Part shown: positions 1 through 9,712 of the stretch, piece after piece
How the letters are laid out: the number at the start of each line of letters is the position of its first letter
How positions within the stretch are numbered: the stretch's first letter is position 1
Source: Vulcanimicrobiota bacterium
Lineage (GTDB): Bacteria > Vulcanimicrobiota > Vulcanimicrobiia > Vulcanimicrobiales > Vulcanimicrobiaceae
Direction: 5' to 3'
DNA: 64,000 nt
Assembly (NCBI GenBank): GCA_963719905.1
Contig: CAVRDR010000007.1
Location: 21,386 to 85,385 of the forward strand
Position numbers and translations under genes: made by a program
The notes under the pieces: generated by a model
What the model was told of the DNA's origin: nothing
The model's input: the letters and a program-made list of their open reading frames with translations, nothing else
The model's database searches: none

Positions 1-736
1 TCATGCGCTTCGTCAGGTCCGTTGGCCTCTCGCCGATTTCAACCTCCTGTTGCGCGATGCGAGGTTCGGCTAAGGTCGTCCCATCGGGATTGAAGCGATA
101 GACGCTGGAGTTTTGTAGCATCCATCTGTCCACCGCAAACTCGGCACGGTCGGCAAAAATGACCTGCCGCGGCTCATTGTGGTTATCGTACTGAATCAAC
201 GTGACGTGAAGCAGCGCGCGTGAATGGGGTTCGTAGGCCGTCGCAATCGTTACTTGCCGGCCGCCGCCCGGCAAGGGTGCGGAGACCGTCAAATCGCGAT
301 TGAACGCGCTAACGTGATTGATGACGTTGTTCTCTATCTCGATGAGCTGATCGTCGGCATACGGCACGACGCCCTCTTGGAGATAGTACATGACCAACGA
401 CATCACGATTCCAACCGCCAGCAATGGCGCAACGATCCGCGTAAAGGTGACGCCGGATGCCTTGAGAGCGGTGATTTCGCTCTCGCCCGAAAGCCGCTGA
501 ACCGCAAGCAACGTCCCCAGGAGCAAAGCCATTGGGATTACAAGGACGATATCGGCCGGTAACGACCACGCGAAGACCGCAAGCGCGGCCCAGAGCGGGG
601 CGTGTTCGCTACTGACGAGCTTGCCGATATTAAGAATCTCCGTCGCCGCAAAGATGAGCGTAAAGGCAGATAATCCGAAGACAAACGGCCCCGCTAACTC
701 CGCGAGCACGTAGCGATCGAGAATCGTAAATCTCAT
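1..736 (-). CDS. LptF/LptG-family LPS export permease, N-terminal part (gene continues past window start)
   Basis: Absent from the ORF track because it runs off the window. My translation from ATG 736-734 gives MRFTILDRYVLAELAGPFVFGLSAFTLIFAATEILNIG...LSGESEITALKASGVTFTRIVAPLL, a typical YjgP/YjgQ N-terminus. It lies directly downstream of lptB on the same strand. Confidence 0.75.
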   Translation of the reverse strand, partial: MRFTILDRYVLAELAGPFVFGLSAFTLIFAATEILNIGKLVSSEHAPLWAALAVFAWSLPADIVLVIPMALLLGTLLAVQRLSGESEITALKASGVTFTRIVAPLLAVGIVMSLVMYYLQEGVVPYADDQLIEIENNVINHVSAFNRDLTVSAPLPGGGRQVTIATAYEPHSRALLHVTLIQYDNHNEPRQVIFADRAEFAVDRWMLQNSSVYRFNPDGTTLAEPRIAQQEVEIGERPTDLTKRM

Positions 737-827
737 CCCGAGACCGACTCGCCGTAGCTGATGAGAGGCGGCCGGCCCCGATGAAGCATAGGTGGCAGGT
801 CGACTCTCAGTGTCGCGGGCAAATTGC

Positions 828-1571
828 CTATAACCTAAAGCCTTCGCCGAGGTAGAATTGGCGGGCAATTGGTGAGTCGAGGACTTCTTGGGCGGAGCCG
901 GAGACTTCGATGCGACCGTTGTTCAAAATGTAGGCGCGATCGACGATTGCGAGCGTTTCGCGAACTTGGTGGTCGGTGATGAGAATGCCGAGCCCGCGAT
1001 CGCGGAGTTGGCGAATCATCGCCTGAATGTCGGCCACCGCGATTGGATCGATTCCCGTGAACGGCTCGTCGAGAAGCAAAAAGGCCGGTTGAATTGCCAG
1101 GGCCCGAGCGATCTCGACGCGCCTGCGCTCGCCACCGGAAAGGCTGTCGCCTCGCGCGTCGACGAAGGCGCGTAAGCCAAACTCTTCGAGCAGCACGGGT
1201 AAGCGGCGCTCTCGCTCGTCGTGCGAGACGCCGTTCTGTTCCCAAATCAGCCTGATGTTGTCGCCCACCGACAGTTTGCGAAAGATCGAGTTTTCCTGCG
1301 CGAGATAGCCGATGCCGTTGCGGGCTCGCGCGTACATCGGGGCCGAAGTCAGATCGATCTCTCGATTGCCGCTGGCAAGCTGCACGGTGCCGCCATCGGG
1401 CTTCACCAACCCGACGACCATATAGAAGGTAGTCGTCTTACCGGCGCCGTTGGGGCCGAGTAAGCCGACGATCTCGCCGGTTTCGACTTCTGCCGTTACG
1501 CCGTTGACGACGGTTCGCTCACCGTAGCGCTTGACGAGTCCGCGTAACTTGATCGCTGGTGTTTGGCTCAT
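828..1571 (-). CDS. lptB: LPS export ABC transporter ATPase LptB
   Basis: 247 aa. Walker [13 protein letters not shown] signature LSGGERRR, Walker B LLLDEP. 4-nt overlap with the upstream lptC/A-like gene; LptF/G permease downstream. Confidence 0.9.
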   Translation of the reverse strand: MSQTPAIKLRGLVKRYGERTVVNGVTAEVETGEIVGLLGPNGAGKTTTFYMVVGLVKPDGGTVQLASGNREIDLTSAPMYARARNGIGYLAQENSIFRKLSVGDNIRLIWEQNGVSHDERERRLPVLLEEFGLRAFVDARGDSLSGGERRRVEIARALAIQPAFLLLDEPFTGIDPIAVADIQAMIRQLRDRGLGILITDHQVRETLAIVDRAYILNNGRIEVSGSAQEVLDSPIARQFYLGEGFRL

Positions 1572-2113
1572 TGCATCCGCATGTGGGTGAGGGAGATATC
1601 AGAGTCAAAGCTCGAACCGGTCGCTCGAAAGCCCTTCGGATCGGTGACCACGACGTCGCCGGTGCCGTGAAGCATGCCGGTTGCGCGCCGATAGACGAGT
1701 TGCGAACACTTCAGAGTCATCCCCGACGACGTATGAGCGTGGACGCCGTTCATCAGCGTCACCGTGTTAGCAGCCTGGTCGACGACGGCTTGCGGCGCCC
1801 GCGCCGCGATCGTTGCTCCATTGCGGTCCCGGAACGTCACGCGCGCGTCTTGAAAAACGGCGCGCGCACCGCCTTGAGGCCCCTTGCTCTCGTACGAACT
1901 TGCCAGCAGATCGTAGTCGATGCGGTTGTGGACTTGCTGAATGAGGTGCACCGGCCGATTCGCGGTTCCTCTCCCGCTGATCTCGAGGACGAGAGGAGTG
2001 GCGACGCTGCGGGGGCGGGCGGCCGCGGGCGAGGGGGTGGCCTTTGGCGGCTGCGGATTGCAGCCCGCGATTGCGGCGAGCCAAACCGTCGCCATGATCG
2101 CAGCGTAACGCAC
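1568..2113 (-). CDS. LptC/LptA-like (OstA-fold) periplasmic lipoprotein
   Basis: 181 aa with lipobox LAAIAGC. The beta-rich C-terminal part resembles the LptC/LptA jellyroll. Sits immediately upstream of, and overlapping, lptB. Confidence 0.5.
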   Translation of the reverse strand: MRYAAIMATVWLAAIAGCNPQPPKATPSPAAARPRSVATPLVLEISGRGTANRPVHLIQQVHNRIDYDLLASSYESKGPQGGARAVFQDARVTFRDRNGATIAARAPQAVVDQAANTVTLMNGVHAHTSSGMTLKCSQLVYRRATGMLHGTGDVVVTDPKGFRATGSSFDSDISLTHMRMQ

Positions 2114-3325
2114 TTAAGGAACCTCGATCGTCGGGCTCGGCTCCGGGCCCTTTGCCGCCGCGAGCGCGAGACCCATCATTGGCATCCACAGCCCGAAAAT
2201 TACAACGGTCACGGTATCGATGAGCCCTTGCACGGCAACTCCGACCAGTCCCGCCGTGAGACTCAGTGACAAAAACGCTGCGGTTCTTCCGGCGTTGGAA
2301 ATCCGTTTCCGCAGCTCGACCGCGAAGCGCCAGAGCGTCCATATCACTGCGGCCAATCCGACGATTCCGAATTCGACCAAGAACGTGAGATAGAGGCTGT
2401 GCGCGTGGAAGGCAGTCGGATCGCCGTCGGGAGCGCGCACGAGCGAGTAAAGTCGGGAGAAATTAAACGGCCCAACGCCGGTGAGTGGGAATCGATCGGC
2501 GATCTGTACCGCGGCTTGCCATATCGATAAGCGCGTGTAATCTTCGCTTGGATTATGGTGGGCGTTGAAGAGCAAGAGTACCGCGATGATGCCGCCGAGC
2601 ACGACGACGGCAGCTCCGCCGATGCCGTGTCGCGTTCGAACGGCCAGCAAAAACGCGAAGGCTGCCGCAAAACCCATCCAGCCCGCACGCGAATAGGTGA
2701 GGATAAGTGCAACGAGACCGAGCCCTAGCGTGGTCCACGCCAAAATGCGCATCGAGCGTTGCCCGGCCACGCATCCGAGCGCGTAGGCGACCGGCGCCAG
2801 AACGATCAGGTAGCCTGCAAGTTCGCCCGGCAGAATGAACGTGCCGGTCGCACGTCCGTGTTGGATGGCGTACTGCGTTACCGGAACGCGCGCGGTCACC
2901 ATTACGATTGCCGCAGCCGCCGCGAGTGCTCCGGAGAGCAAATATGCCCAGTAGATCGTTACCGCTGCGTTTCGTTGCGTATAGAACCGCATGACCGCGC
3001 AATGCCAGATAATGCCCAGGCCGCCGATTCCCGTGAAGAGTAGTCCGGCAGCTGGATTGAACCCAACGCCTCCGGCCAACAATCCGGCGCCGAAGACGGC
3101 GAGCAATGGGAGAAGCAACGGTTGCGAGCCCGATTCCGGATAGCGCGCCAAGGTCACCAGCGCGTAGACCGCGAGGAAAGCGCAGCCCGCGAGGACGGCG
3201 AGAATGAGTAGAGGCGGGAAGAGCGAGATACCGGGAAATGCGACCCCGGTCAACGCGATAAAGCTCGGGAAGAGCGGCACCATCGCAAAAATGATTCCGA
3301 GAGCGCTCGGCATGAGACGGCGCAC
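2114..3325 (-). CDS. O-antigen ligase family (Wzy_C/WaaL-like) polytopic membrane protein
   Basis: 403 aa, many hydrophobic helices. Motifs LTYSRAGWMGF and FHAHSLYLTFLVEFGIVG are typical of the O-antigen ligase domain. Alternative ATG start at 3313. Confidence 0.7.
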   Translation of the reverse strand: MRRLMPSALGIIFAMVPLFPSFIALTGVAFPGISLFPPLLILAVLAGCAFLAVYALVTLARYPESGSQPLLLPLLAVFGAGLLAGGVGFNPAAGLLFTGIGGLGIIWHCAVMRFYTQRNAAVTIYWAYLLSGALAAAAAIVMVTARVPVTQYAIQHGRATGTFILPGELAGYLIVLAPVAYALGCVAGQRSMRILAWTTLGLGLVALILTYSRAGWMGFAAAFAFLLAVRTRHGIGGAAVVVLGGIIAVLLLFNAHHNPSEDYTRLSIWQAAVQIADRFPLTGVGPFNFSRLYSLVRAPDGDPTAFHAHSLYLTFLVEFGIVGLAAVIWTLWRFAVELRKRISNAGRTAAFLSLSLTAGLVGVAVQGLIDTVTVVIFGLWMPMMGLALAAAKGPEPSPTIEVP

Positions 3326-4476
3326 TAGGATGCGCCCAGCAGGGCCGCGATCCGCTCGGCGATGCGGCGGACCGCCCCCGCCTCACCCATCCGAGCGCGT
3401 CCAACCTCGCCCATTCGGCGCCGCCTAGCCGGGTCGTTCAGAACTTCGTTCACGCCGGCGACCGCTTCGGTCAGGTCACCCGGTAAGACGAGGAGCGCAT
3501 CGCCCAGTAAACCGCGCTGGCGCTCTCGATACCAACGCGTCCGTCTATTGCGATCGCGTTGGAATGCGACGACCGGAACCGCGGCCGCTGCCGCTGCTTC
3601 GTTTGCGGTACCGGCCTGTCCCAAGACGAGCACCGAGCGCGCGAGAAGCGGTCCAAGCGGGCCGCGCCAGCCCCGTACGATCTCGCGTCCGTCGCGGCTC
3701 AAAACGAACGGAATCGATTCCTGCGTCGTGGTTCGCACGTCCCAGCCGGCTCGCACCGCTTGCGCTGCAAAGCGATCCGAGTCGAGCCCACGCGCGATTG
3801 AAAGCACGGCGCCGATATCGCGATGCTGCGTCGCAAGTTCGCCGACAACGCGCAGGAGAAATTCGGCGTCATCGTACGCGTTCGTACGACTTCCGGGAAA
3901 GAGGGCCAACGCGGGTACGAATCCCGCCACGGCCTGGTCGGCCGCACCATTTTCTGCCGTCGGAAAGAGGTCGACGATCGCATTGGCGACGTCGACTCGA
4001 AGACCTCGCTGCGCCAAGTCGCGTGCGGTAGCGTCGTCGCGCACGAAGCAGGCCGCTGCGCGCGCGAGAATTCGTTGCTCAAACGGACCGTAGCGAGCCA
4101 CTTCCACGCTCTTTGCGCTCCCGACGAAGACCGTTCGGGCACCGGCAACAAGCGCCATTGCGAGCGCATAGGCGTCGCCAATTGCGACGACCACGCTATA
4201 TGCGCCGCGAGCGCCGCGTAAGAACTGCAGCTGGCGCAACGTAAGCGCGAGCAGGCCCGCGCGCAGATCCGCGAGCAGATTTCGCACGTTTCCCATCGCG
4301 ATCAAACCGCCGCTGGGCATTGCGCGTCGCGGACCGACCTCATTTAACGCATCATTCGCCGCGCTCCCAACAAGCGCGAGATGGTCCACGGACGCGTCGG
4401 GTAGCTTCGAGCGCAGCTCGAGCGAGATGCGTTCTGCGATCGACGCTTCGCCGTGACCGTTTGTTACGAAGAGCAC
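3325..4476 (-). CDS. Lipid-A-disaccharide synthase-related (GT19-like) protein
   Basis: The track ORF (to 4788) overlaps the upstream gene, so I trimmed it to GTG 4476 (VLFVTNGHGEASIAERI...). LFPGSRTNAYDD and GQAGTANEAAAAAVPVV correspond to the LpxB motifs LPGSRxxE and SGTATLE. Resembles the LpxB-related family known from cyanobacteria. Confidence 0.5.
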   Translation of the reverse strand: MLFVTNGHGEASIAERISLELRSKLPDASVDHLALVGSAANDALNEVGPRRAMPSGGLIAMGNVRNLLADLRAGLLALTLRQLQFLRGARGAYSVVVAIGDAYALAMALVAGARTVFVGSAKSVEVARYGPFEQRILARAAACFVRDDATARDLAQRGLRVDVANAIVDLFPTAENGAADQAVAGFVPALALFPGSRTNAYDDAEFLLRVVGELATQHRDIGAVLSIARGLDSDRFAAQAVRAGWDVRTTTQESIPFVLSRDGREIVRGWRGPLGPLLARSVLVLGQAGTANEAAAAAAVPVVAFQRDRNRRTRWYRERQRGLLGDALLVLPGDLTEAVAGVNEVLNDPARRRRMGEVGRARMGEAGAVRRIAERIAALLGAS

Positions 4477-4481
4477 TCGGC

Positions 4482-5231
4482 TCACGCTGCTCCCGAATCC
4501 AGGAGCGGCACCAGGGCAAAGTCCACCAGTCGAAAGCGCCGGCTCGACGGCTCGTACGCAAGCTCGCTGCGCGAAACGAAGCGTCCGTAGGGACCTGCAT
4601 GGACGATCGGAACGGCGCCCACGTACTGCGGAGTTTCGAGCGTATCGTGGCTGTGGCCGCCGAGGAGCAAATCGATGCGTGGCACCCGAGCCGCCAGCTC
4701 GCGATCGAGCGATAGACCGATATGCGAGAGCACGACAAGCAGATCGCCCTCTGGGATCGCGCTCGCATACGGACGCACCGCGCTCCAAGGCTCGAGAAAG
4801 CGCCAGCCGAAAAGACGCTCCCAGGCACTCCCCGTTCGATACTGCATGATCAAGAGACCGAGCACGTGAATCTGGAGCGGTTTTTCTCGATCGTTGTTGG
4901 CTTCAAAACGGAGGGCCGGCACAAACGGCAGTGCTCTTCCCTGCATGTCTTGCAAATTCGTGCAGACCAGCGGGTGGCGCATACGTAACGCTCTCGCCTT
5001 GAGCACCGAAAAGAGATAGTGAAACTCGCGGTTACCGACGGCTTGTGCATCGTAGCCGGCGGCATCCATTTCCGCGACGATCGGTTCGCTGCGATGGTAA
5101 ACGCTTTGACTTCCTCGTAGCGCATCGCCGCAATCGAAAAGCATTCCGGGCCGCTCGCTGCGCAACTCGCGCAACCGGCCCGCGAAGCCGCGCCGGTCGT
5201 GCAGGTCCGAAGTGTGATAGATTCGGATCAT
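4482..5231 (-). CDS. Calcineurin-like metallophosphoesterase (UshA/5'-nucleotidase-like core); candidate UDP-2,3-diacylglucosamine hydrolase
   Basis: 249 aa. Metallophosphoesterase motifs SDLHD, CGDALRG, GNREF, LSH, GGHSH. The start overlaps the lpxB stop (ATGA at 5228-5231). The confidence is for the family call only, not for the proposed function. Confidence 0.8.
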   Translation of the reverse strand: MIRIYHTSDLHDRRGFAGRLRELRSERPGMLFDCGDALRGSQSVYHRSEPIVAEMDAAGYDAQAVGNREFHYLFSVLKARALRMRHPLVCTNLQDMQGRALPFVPALRFEANNDREKPLQIHVLGLLIMQYRTGSAWERLFGWRFLEPWSAVRPYASAIPEGDLLVVLSHIGLSLDRELAARVPRIDLLLGGHSHDTLETPQYVGAVPIVHAGPYGRFVSRSELAYEPSSRRFRLVDFALVPLLDSGAA

Positions 5232-6343
5232 GCGCAGGCGGCGCGCGCCAGTTCGACGGCGCGGCGCGCGCAGCGCTCGAGCGCGTCGGCCGGACCAAGC
5301 GCCTCGCGAAGCTTCACGAAATCATCGTATTGTTTCGCTGGATTCGCCATTTGCGATTCGAGCGCATCAGCCAGCGCCGTCGGCGTCGCGCGCTCTTGCA
5401 GCAGCTCGGGAACGACTTCGCGTTCGAGGACCAGGTTCGGCAGCATGATGAATCGGTGTCTGACCATTCGATGGCCGTACCAGATAAGAATCGGCGGAAT
5501 GACGTAAATCCCGACCTCCGGCACGCCCAGGAGCGCGGTTTCCAGCACTGCGGTGCCCGAGGCAACCCACGCTCCATCGGCGTCGGAAACGGCTGCGGGA
5601 ACACCGCGCACGATCGTCACATCGTCGAGTCGCTCGCGAGCGAGCATCCGCAGTATCGTCCGTTCGGCGCGATCGTTGGCCGCTCCAACGACACCGCGCA
5701 ACCTTGGACGGCGCCGTTTCAGGGTGCGATATGCGGCGGCGAGAACCGGCACGTGGCGGTGAAGCTCGCCGGCGCGGCTGCCGGGAAGCATCGCAACGAG
5801 GCCGCCGTCGGCCGGTGGCGGCCCGCGTCGATCCCGCATCCGATACCGGCTCGCGAGCGGATGCCCGAAATATTCGATACGGCAGTCAAGGCTTCGATAG
5901 AATCCGTACTGATGTGCAAAAGCGGTCACGGGGACGGCGACCGCGCTGACGTTGCGCGCTTTATCCGCGTTATCCAACCACGTTCCCGGCGGAAAAAGAT
6001 CCATGATCGGTCCGCGAAAATGCAGACGCCGCAACGTGTTAGCCAAGCGCAGATTGAAGACGCCGAAATCGACGAGCACCACCAAGTCGGGCTTCGACGC
6101 GACGATATGAAACGCCGTGCGCAACATCGCGTTCAAAAGCTTCGGAATTCTCGGAATGGCGGCCAACGGTCCCATGCTCGCCCAGCCCGTATGATCGCGC
6201 CAGAGCGCAAAGTGCGCGTCCCGCATCCGGGCGCTTCCAATCCCTTCGAACTGCGCGTCGGGATCGAGTTTTCGAATCTCTTCCGCCAAAAAGATTGCCA
6301 TCGCCTCACCCGACGGCTCCCCTGTCAAGAAAAAATATTTCAC
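5228..6343 (-). CDS. lpxB: Lipid-A-disaccharide synthase LpxB
   Basis: 371 aa. N-terminus (M)KYFFLTGEPSGEAMAIFL, MLPGSRAGELHRHVP, ASGTAVLETALLGVPEV: canonical GT19 LpxB motifs. GTG start. Confidence 0.85.
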   Translation of the reverse strand: MKYFFLTGEPSGEAMAIFLAEEIRKLDPDAQFEGIGSARMRDAHFALWRDHTGWASMGPLAAIPRIPKLLNAMLRTAFHIVASKPDLVVLVDFGVFNLRLANTLRRLHFRGPIMDLFPPGTWLDNADKARNVSAVAVPVTAFAHQYGFYRSLDCRIEYFGHPLASRYRMRDRRGPPPADGGLVAMLPGSRAGELHRHVPVLAAAYRTLKRRRPRLRGVVGAANDRAERTILRMLARERLDDVTIVRGVPAAVSDADGAWVASGTAVLETALLGVPEVGIYVIPPILIWYGHRMVRHRFIMLPNLVLEREVVPELLQERATPTALADALESQMANPAKQYDDFVKLREALGPADALERCARRAVELARAACA

Positions 6344-6543
6344 TGCCTCCGCTCCATTAACGCCTTCGCGCGCAGGGCGCTTCTACGTGCTGCGGAGGGG
6401 CTCCGACGCGAGCGCCATTGACAGGAGGTCAAAACTTTCCTTAGCAGGTGGCGCGAGCGCGGTGCAGCAGGAGCGGAGCATGGATGCGGAGCGACGAGCG
6501 ACCCGACGCAGCATGTAGGAGCGTCCCAAACGCGACGGCGTTA

Positions 6544-7311
6544 TCACTTTAATACGCCACGCTGAGAGGGCGCCTCGAGAAAGTCGATGATTTCGCGGCC
6601 GGGTTCGGTCGTCGCTTGCGCTTTCATCGCCTCGATTGCTTGGGAGACGTTGAGTTTAGGGTTGTACAGCAGCTTGTAAAAGCGTTTGATCTCGTTACGC
6701 TCCTCAGCGGAAAAAGCGGCGCGGCGCAGACCAACGCTGTTGAGGCCATAGGGCTCGCACGGATTGCCTTCGACCAGAAAGAATGGAGGCACGTCCTTGA
6801 TGACTTTGCTCATGCCTCCTAGCATTGCGTGGCGACCGACGCGCGTGAACTGGTGAACGCCGGTTTGGCCCCCGATCGTGACGTGATCACCCAACTGAAC
6901 GTGACCCGCTAACTGAGCCAAGTTGCTCATCGTGACGCCGTTACCGAGAATGCAGTTGTGGGCGATGTGCACGTAGGCGAGCAACAGGCAGTCGCTGCCG
7001 ACCGCCGTTACTTCGTCGTGTCCCGTCGCTCGCTGAATGCTAACGTATTCGCGCAGGATCGTCCGGTCTCCGATTCGCGTGAAGGCGCGCTCGCCGGCAT
7101 ACTTACGATCCTGCGAGGCCGCCCCGACGGTCGAAAAAGGATAAAACAGACAGTCTTCCCCGATCTCGGTCCAGCCGTTGACGACCACGTGGGCCTGCAA
7201 AACCGTTCGCGCGCCGATTGAGACATGCTCGCCGACGATGCAATACGGCCCGATTTCGGCGTTTTTCCCAATCTCGGCACCCGGATGGACGATCGCCGTC
7301 GGGTGCAGCAT
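6544..7311 (-). CDS. lpxA: UDP-N-acetylglucosamine acyltransferase LpxA
   Basis: 255 aa. Left-handed beta-helix hexapeptide repeats (IHPGAEIGKNAEIGPYCIVGEHV...) plus a helical C-terminal domain. Sits in lpx cluster context. Confidence 0.9.
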   Translation of the reverse strand: MLHPTAIVHPGAEIGKNAEIGPYCIVGEHVSIGARTVLQAHVVVNGWTEIGEDCLFYPFSTVGAASQDRKYAGERAFTRIGDRTILREYVSIQRATGHDEVTAVGSDCLLLAYVHIAHNCILGNGVTMSNLAQLAGHVQLGDHVTIGGQTGVHQFTRVGRHAMLGGMSKVIKDVPPFFLVEGNPCEPYGLNSVGLRRAAFSAEERNEIKRFYKLLYNPKLNVSQAIEAMKAQATTEPGREIIDFLEAPSQRGVLK

Positions 7312-7332
7312 TAGGCTACTTCGATACGCCGA

Positions 7333-7806
7333 TTAGATGTGGAGCACACTTGAATCAGCGCCAAACATGCGAGGGTCGGAAACGATCGAGAACATCAACT
7401 CGGCATAGCACGCGAACTGGCCGTCGACCGTTGCTTCGCCGCTTACCCATCCGATGTTGCGCTTGTGACGCAACATTTTCGCTTCCATGTCGAGCCGGTC
7501 GCCGGGAATCACCGGGCGACGAAATTTCGCTTTGTCGATGCCGGCGAGGTAAGGAACTCTGCGCGAGAACTCACCGGGCTCGAGAATCATCGCGCCCCCC
7601 AGCTGCGCGAGAGCCTCGACCATGTAGACGCCGGGCAAGACCGGGTTGTTGGGGAAATGGCCCGCAAATATTTGCTCGTTGTACGTGATGTTCTTGTAGC
7701 CTTTCACACGCACCATGGGCTCGAACTCCACGATCCGATCGACGAGCAGCATCGGATACCGGTGCGGCAAGATCTCGAAAATCATGCGAATGTCCAGTTC
7801 GGTCAA
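7333..7806 (-). CDS. fabZ: 3-hydroxyacyl-ACP dehydratase FabZ
   Basis: 157 aa. LPHRYPMLLVDRIVE and AGHFPNNPVLPGV hot-dog motifs. Confidence 0.9.
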   Translation of the reverse strand: MTELDIRMIFEILPHRYPMLLVDRIVEFEPMVRVKGYKNITYNEQIFAGHFPNNPVLPGVYMVEALAQLGGAMILEPGEFSRRVPYLAGIDKAKFRRPVIPGDRLDMEAKMLRHKRNIGWVSGEATVDGQFACYAELMFSIVSDPRMFGADSSVLHI

Positions 7807-7825
7807 CGATATCTCCTCGAGGCTC

Positions 7826-8647
7826 TCATGCCGACGGTATGGGCAGTCGGCTGCGTAAGACGCGCGTTATTGACGTGTGAAGCTCGTGGCCGCTCTTGAT
7901 CGCGACGATCTCGCATTGCGGCCAAGCTCCCAGCAGTGCGAGGTCGCCGACGAGATCGAGCACTTTGTGGCGCACCGCTTCGTTCGGCCAGCGTAGCGGC
8001 TGCATCGGCCCATCGGGTGTGAAGACGAGCGCATTCTCGAGGCTTCCGCCGCGCCCCAGACCGCGAGCCCACAACGCTTCGACTTCGTGAAGGTAGGCGA
8101 ACGTGCGCGCGCCGGCAATCTCCGTTCGATAGCGTTCTGCATCAATCTCGTCGTCGAAGTATTGCGTGCCGATCGGTGCCGGGAAATCCGCGACGAAGCG
8201 CACGCGAAACGTCGGCGACGGGAAGGCCGCGATCATGCGGTCGCTGGCCCGAAGCCAAAGCGGCGCGTCGATTTCCAACACTTTGCGCGGTTGCCGTTGC
8301 ATTTCAAGGCCGCAGGCCGCGATGGCCGTTGCGAACTCGGCCGAGCTCCCATCGCCCGCCGGGATTTCCGGACCCCGCACGTGGATCTCGGCATTGCTCA
8401 CGCCCATGGCAAAGAGCGCCGAGAGCAAATGCTCCGTCGTGGAAACCGTCGACCCGTTGCGACCCAACACCGTCGCGCGCGACGTATCGACAACGTTTTC
8501 GACGCCGGCCGTGACGTGCGTTCTCCCCAGAACGAAGAATATTCCGTCATTGGGCTGGGCCGGTCGGACTTCAACCGTGCCGTGCGTTCCCGTGTGCAGA
8601 CCGACTCCTTCGAAACGAATGGTCTCCCGGAGCGTCGCCTGCATCAT
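7826..8647 (-). CDS. lpxC: UDP-3-O-acyl-GlcNAc deacetylase LpxC
   Basis: 273 aa. QATLRETIRFEGVGLHTG, TTEHLLSAL and HKVLDLVGDLALLG are characteristic LpxC motifs. Confidence 0.9.
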   Translation of the reverse strand: MMQATLRETIRFEGVGLHTGTHGTVEVRPAQPNDGIFFVLGRTHVTAGVENVVDTSRATVLGRNGSTVSTTEHLLSALFAMGVSNAEIHVRGPEIPAGDGSSAEFATAIAACGLEMQRQPRKVLEIDAPLWLRASDRMIAAFPSPTFRVRFVADFPAPIGTQYFDDEIDAERYRTEIAGARTFAYLHEVEALWARGLGRGGSLENALVFTPDGPMQPLRWPNEAVRHKVLDLVGDLALLGAWPQCEIVAIKSGHELHTSITRVLRSRLPIPSA

Positions 8648-8653
8648 GCGCAG

Positions 8654-9712
8654 TTACTCGGCCGAGCGCGAACGCTCCAACGCCTCCACACGATCGAAGA
8701 GCTTTGGCAGCTTGCGAATCATGACCTCTTGGCGAACATGCTCGCGATGGTCTCGCGCGGGGTTACCGGAAACCGTCACGCCATCCGCAAGATTTCCCCA
8801 AACACCCGCTGACCCCGCGATGGATACGCCGGAACCAACTGTCACGTGACCGTTGAATCCGACCTGCCCGCCAACTTTAACGTTATCGCCGATTACGGTC
8901 GAACCGGCTAAACCAGTCAATGCCGCAATAACGCAATTCTTGCCGATACGGCAGTTGTGTCCGATTTGCACGAGATTGTCGATCTTCGTGCCGGCGCCGA
9001 TTCTCGTGCTGCCGGTCTGGGCACGATCGATGCACGTATTCGCACCAATCTCCACATCGTCTTCGAGCACGACGTTGCCAATCTGAGGAATTCGTTCCGA
9101 TCGGCCGTCGACAAAAGCCCAGCCGAATCCGTCGCTGCCGATGACGCATCCCGAATGCAGAACGACGCGGTCGCCAATACGCGTCCCCGACATGATGCTG
9201 GCCCCCGAGTGAATCCAAACCGACTCGCCAATGGAAACGCCGTCGCCCACGTAGGCCCCGGCGCCGACGACGCCGCTGCTGCCGATCGTGGTGCGATTTC
9301 CGATATATGCATGCGCGCCGACATACGCGTCGGCGGCGAGTTGCGCGTCGGGTTCGACGACGGCGCTCGGATGCCGGAAGGGACCGCGCGGCTTGTCCGG
9401 CCGCATCGACTGCAGCAAAAGCGCCAATGCGTAGCGCGCGTTCTCTACTACTAATAACGGCTTAGCGGCCGGAACCTTCCCAAGCGACTCGTCGACTAAG
9501 ATTGCGGCTGCGTCGCTTGCGAGCGCAGACGTAAAATATGCTTCGCTCGTCGCGAAAGTCAGCGCATCGTTGGTTGCATCTTCTACGGCACTGACTCGGT
9601 CGACGCGAACGCTGCCATCCCCGACGATGCGTCCCCCGATCCGCGCTGCCAATTGCTCGAGCGTGCCCAGCATCGAACCTCCTGCGGGAGCCAATGGCCT
9701 GGTATCGGCCAC
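8654..9712 (-). CDS. lpxD: UDP-3-O-acylglucosamine N-acyltransferase LpxD
   Basis: 352 aa. N-terminal uridine-binding-like domain, then long hexapeptide-repeat helix. Conserved skp-lpxD-(lpxC)-fabZ-lpxA order. Confidence 0.9.
   Translation of the reverse strand: MADTRPLAPAGGSMLGTLEQLAARIGGRIVGDGSVRVDRVSAVEDATNDALTFATSEAYFTSALASDAAAILVDESLGKVPAAKPLLVVENARYALALLLQSMRPDKPRGPFRHPSAVVEPDAQLAADAYVGAHAYIGNRTTIGSSGVVGAGAYVGDGVSIGESVWIHSGASIMSGTRIGDRVVLHSGCVIGSDGFGWAFVDGRSERIPQIGNVVLEDDVEIGANTCIDRAQTGSTRIGAGTKIDNLVQIGHNCRIGKNCVIAALTGLAGSTVIGDNVKVGGQVGFNGHVTVGSGVSIAGSAGVWGNLADGVTVSGNPARDHREHVRQEVMIRKLPKLFDRVEALERSRSAE

Noticed and set aside
3325-4788. Long N-terminal extensions of track ORFs overlapping the preceding gene: 3325-4788, 22715-24082, 21849-22922, 11377-12354, 45985-46761, 41112-41951, 57070-58449, 29293-30135, 60180-60959.
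   Set aside because: The extensions are Arg/Ser/Pro-rich, overlap conserved upstream genes in another frame, and precede internal starts that give canonical N-termini placed right after the upstream stop codon. Genes were trimmed accordingly.
6344-6543. 200-bp gap between lpxA and lpxB, where lpxI sits in some bacteria. It contains a possible 47-aa ORF (MLRRVARRSASMLRS...).
   Set aside because: The ORF is Arg/Ser/Ala-rich with no Shine-Dalgarno sequence or motif, and it is far too short for LpxI. I treat the gap as an intergenic spacer of unknown role.
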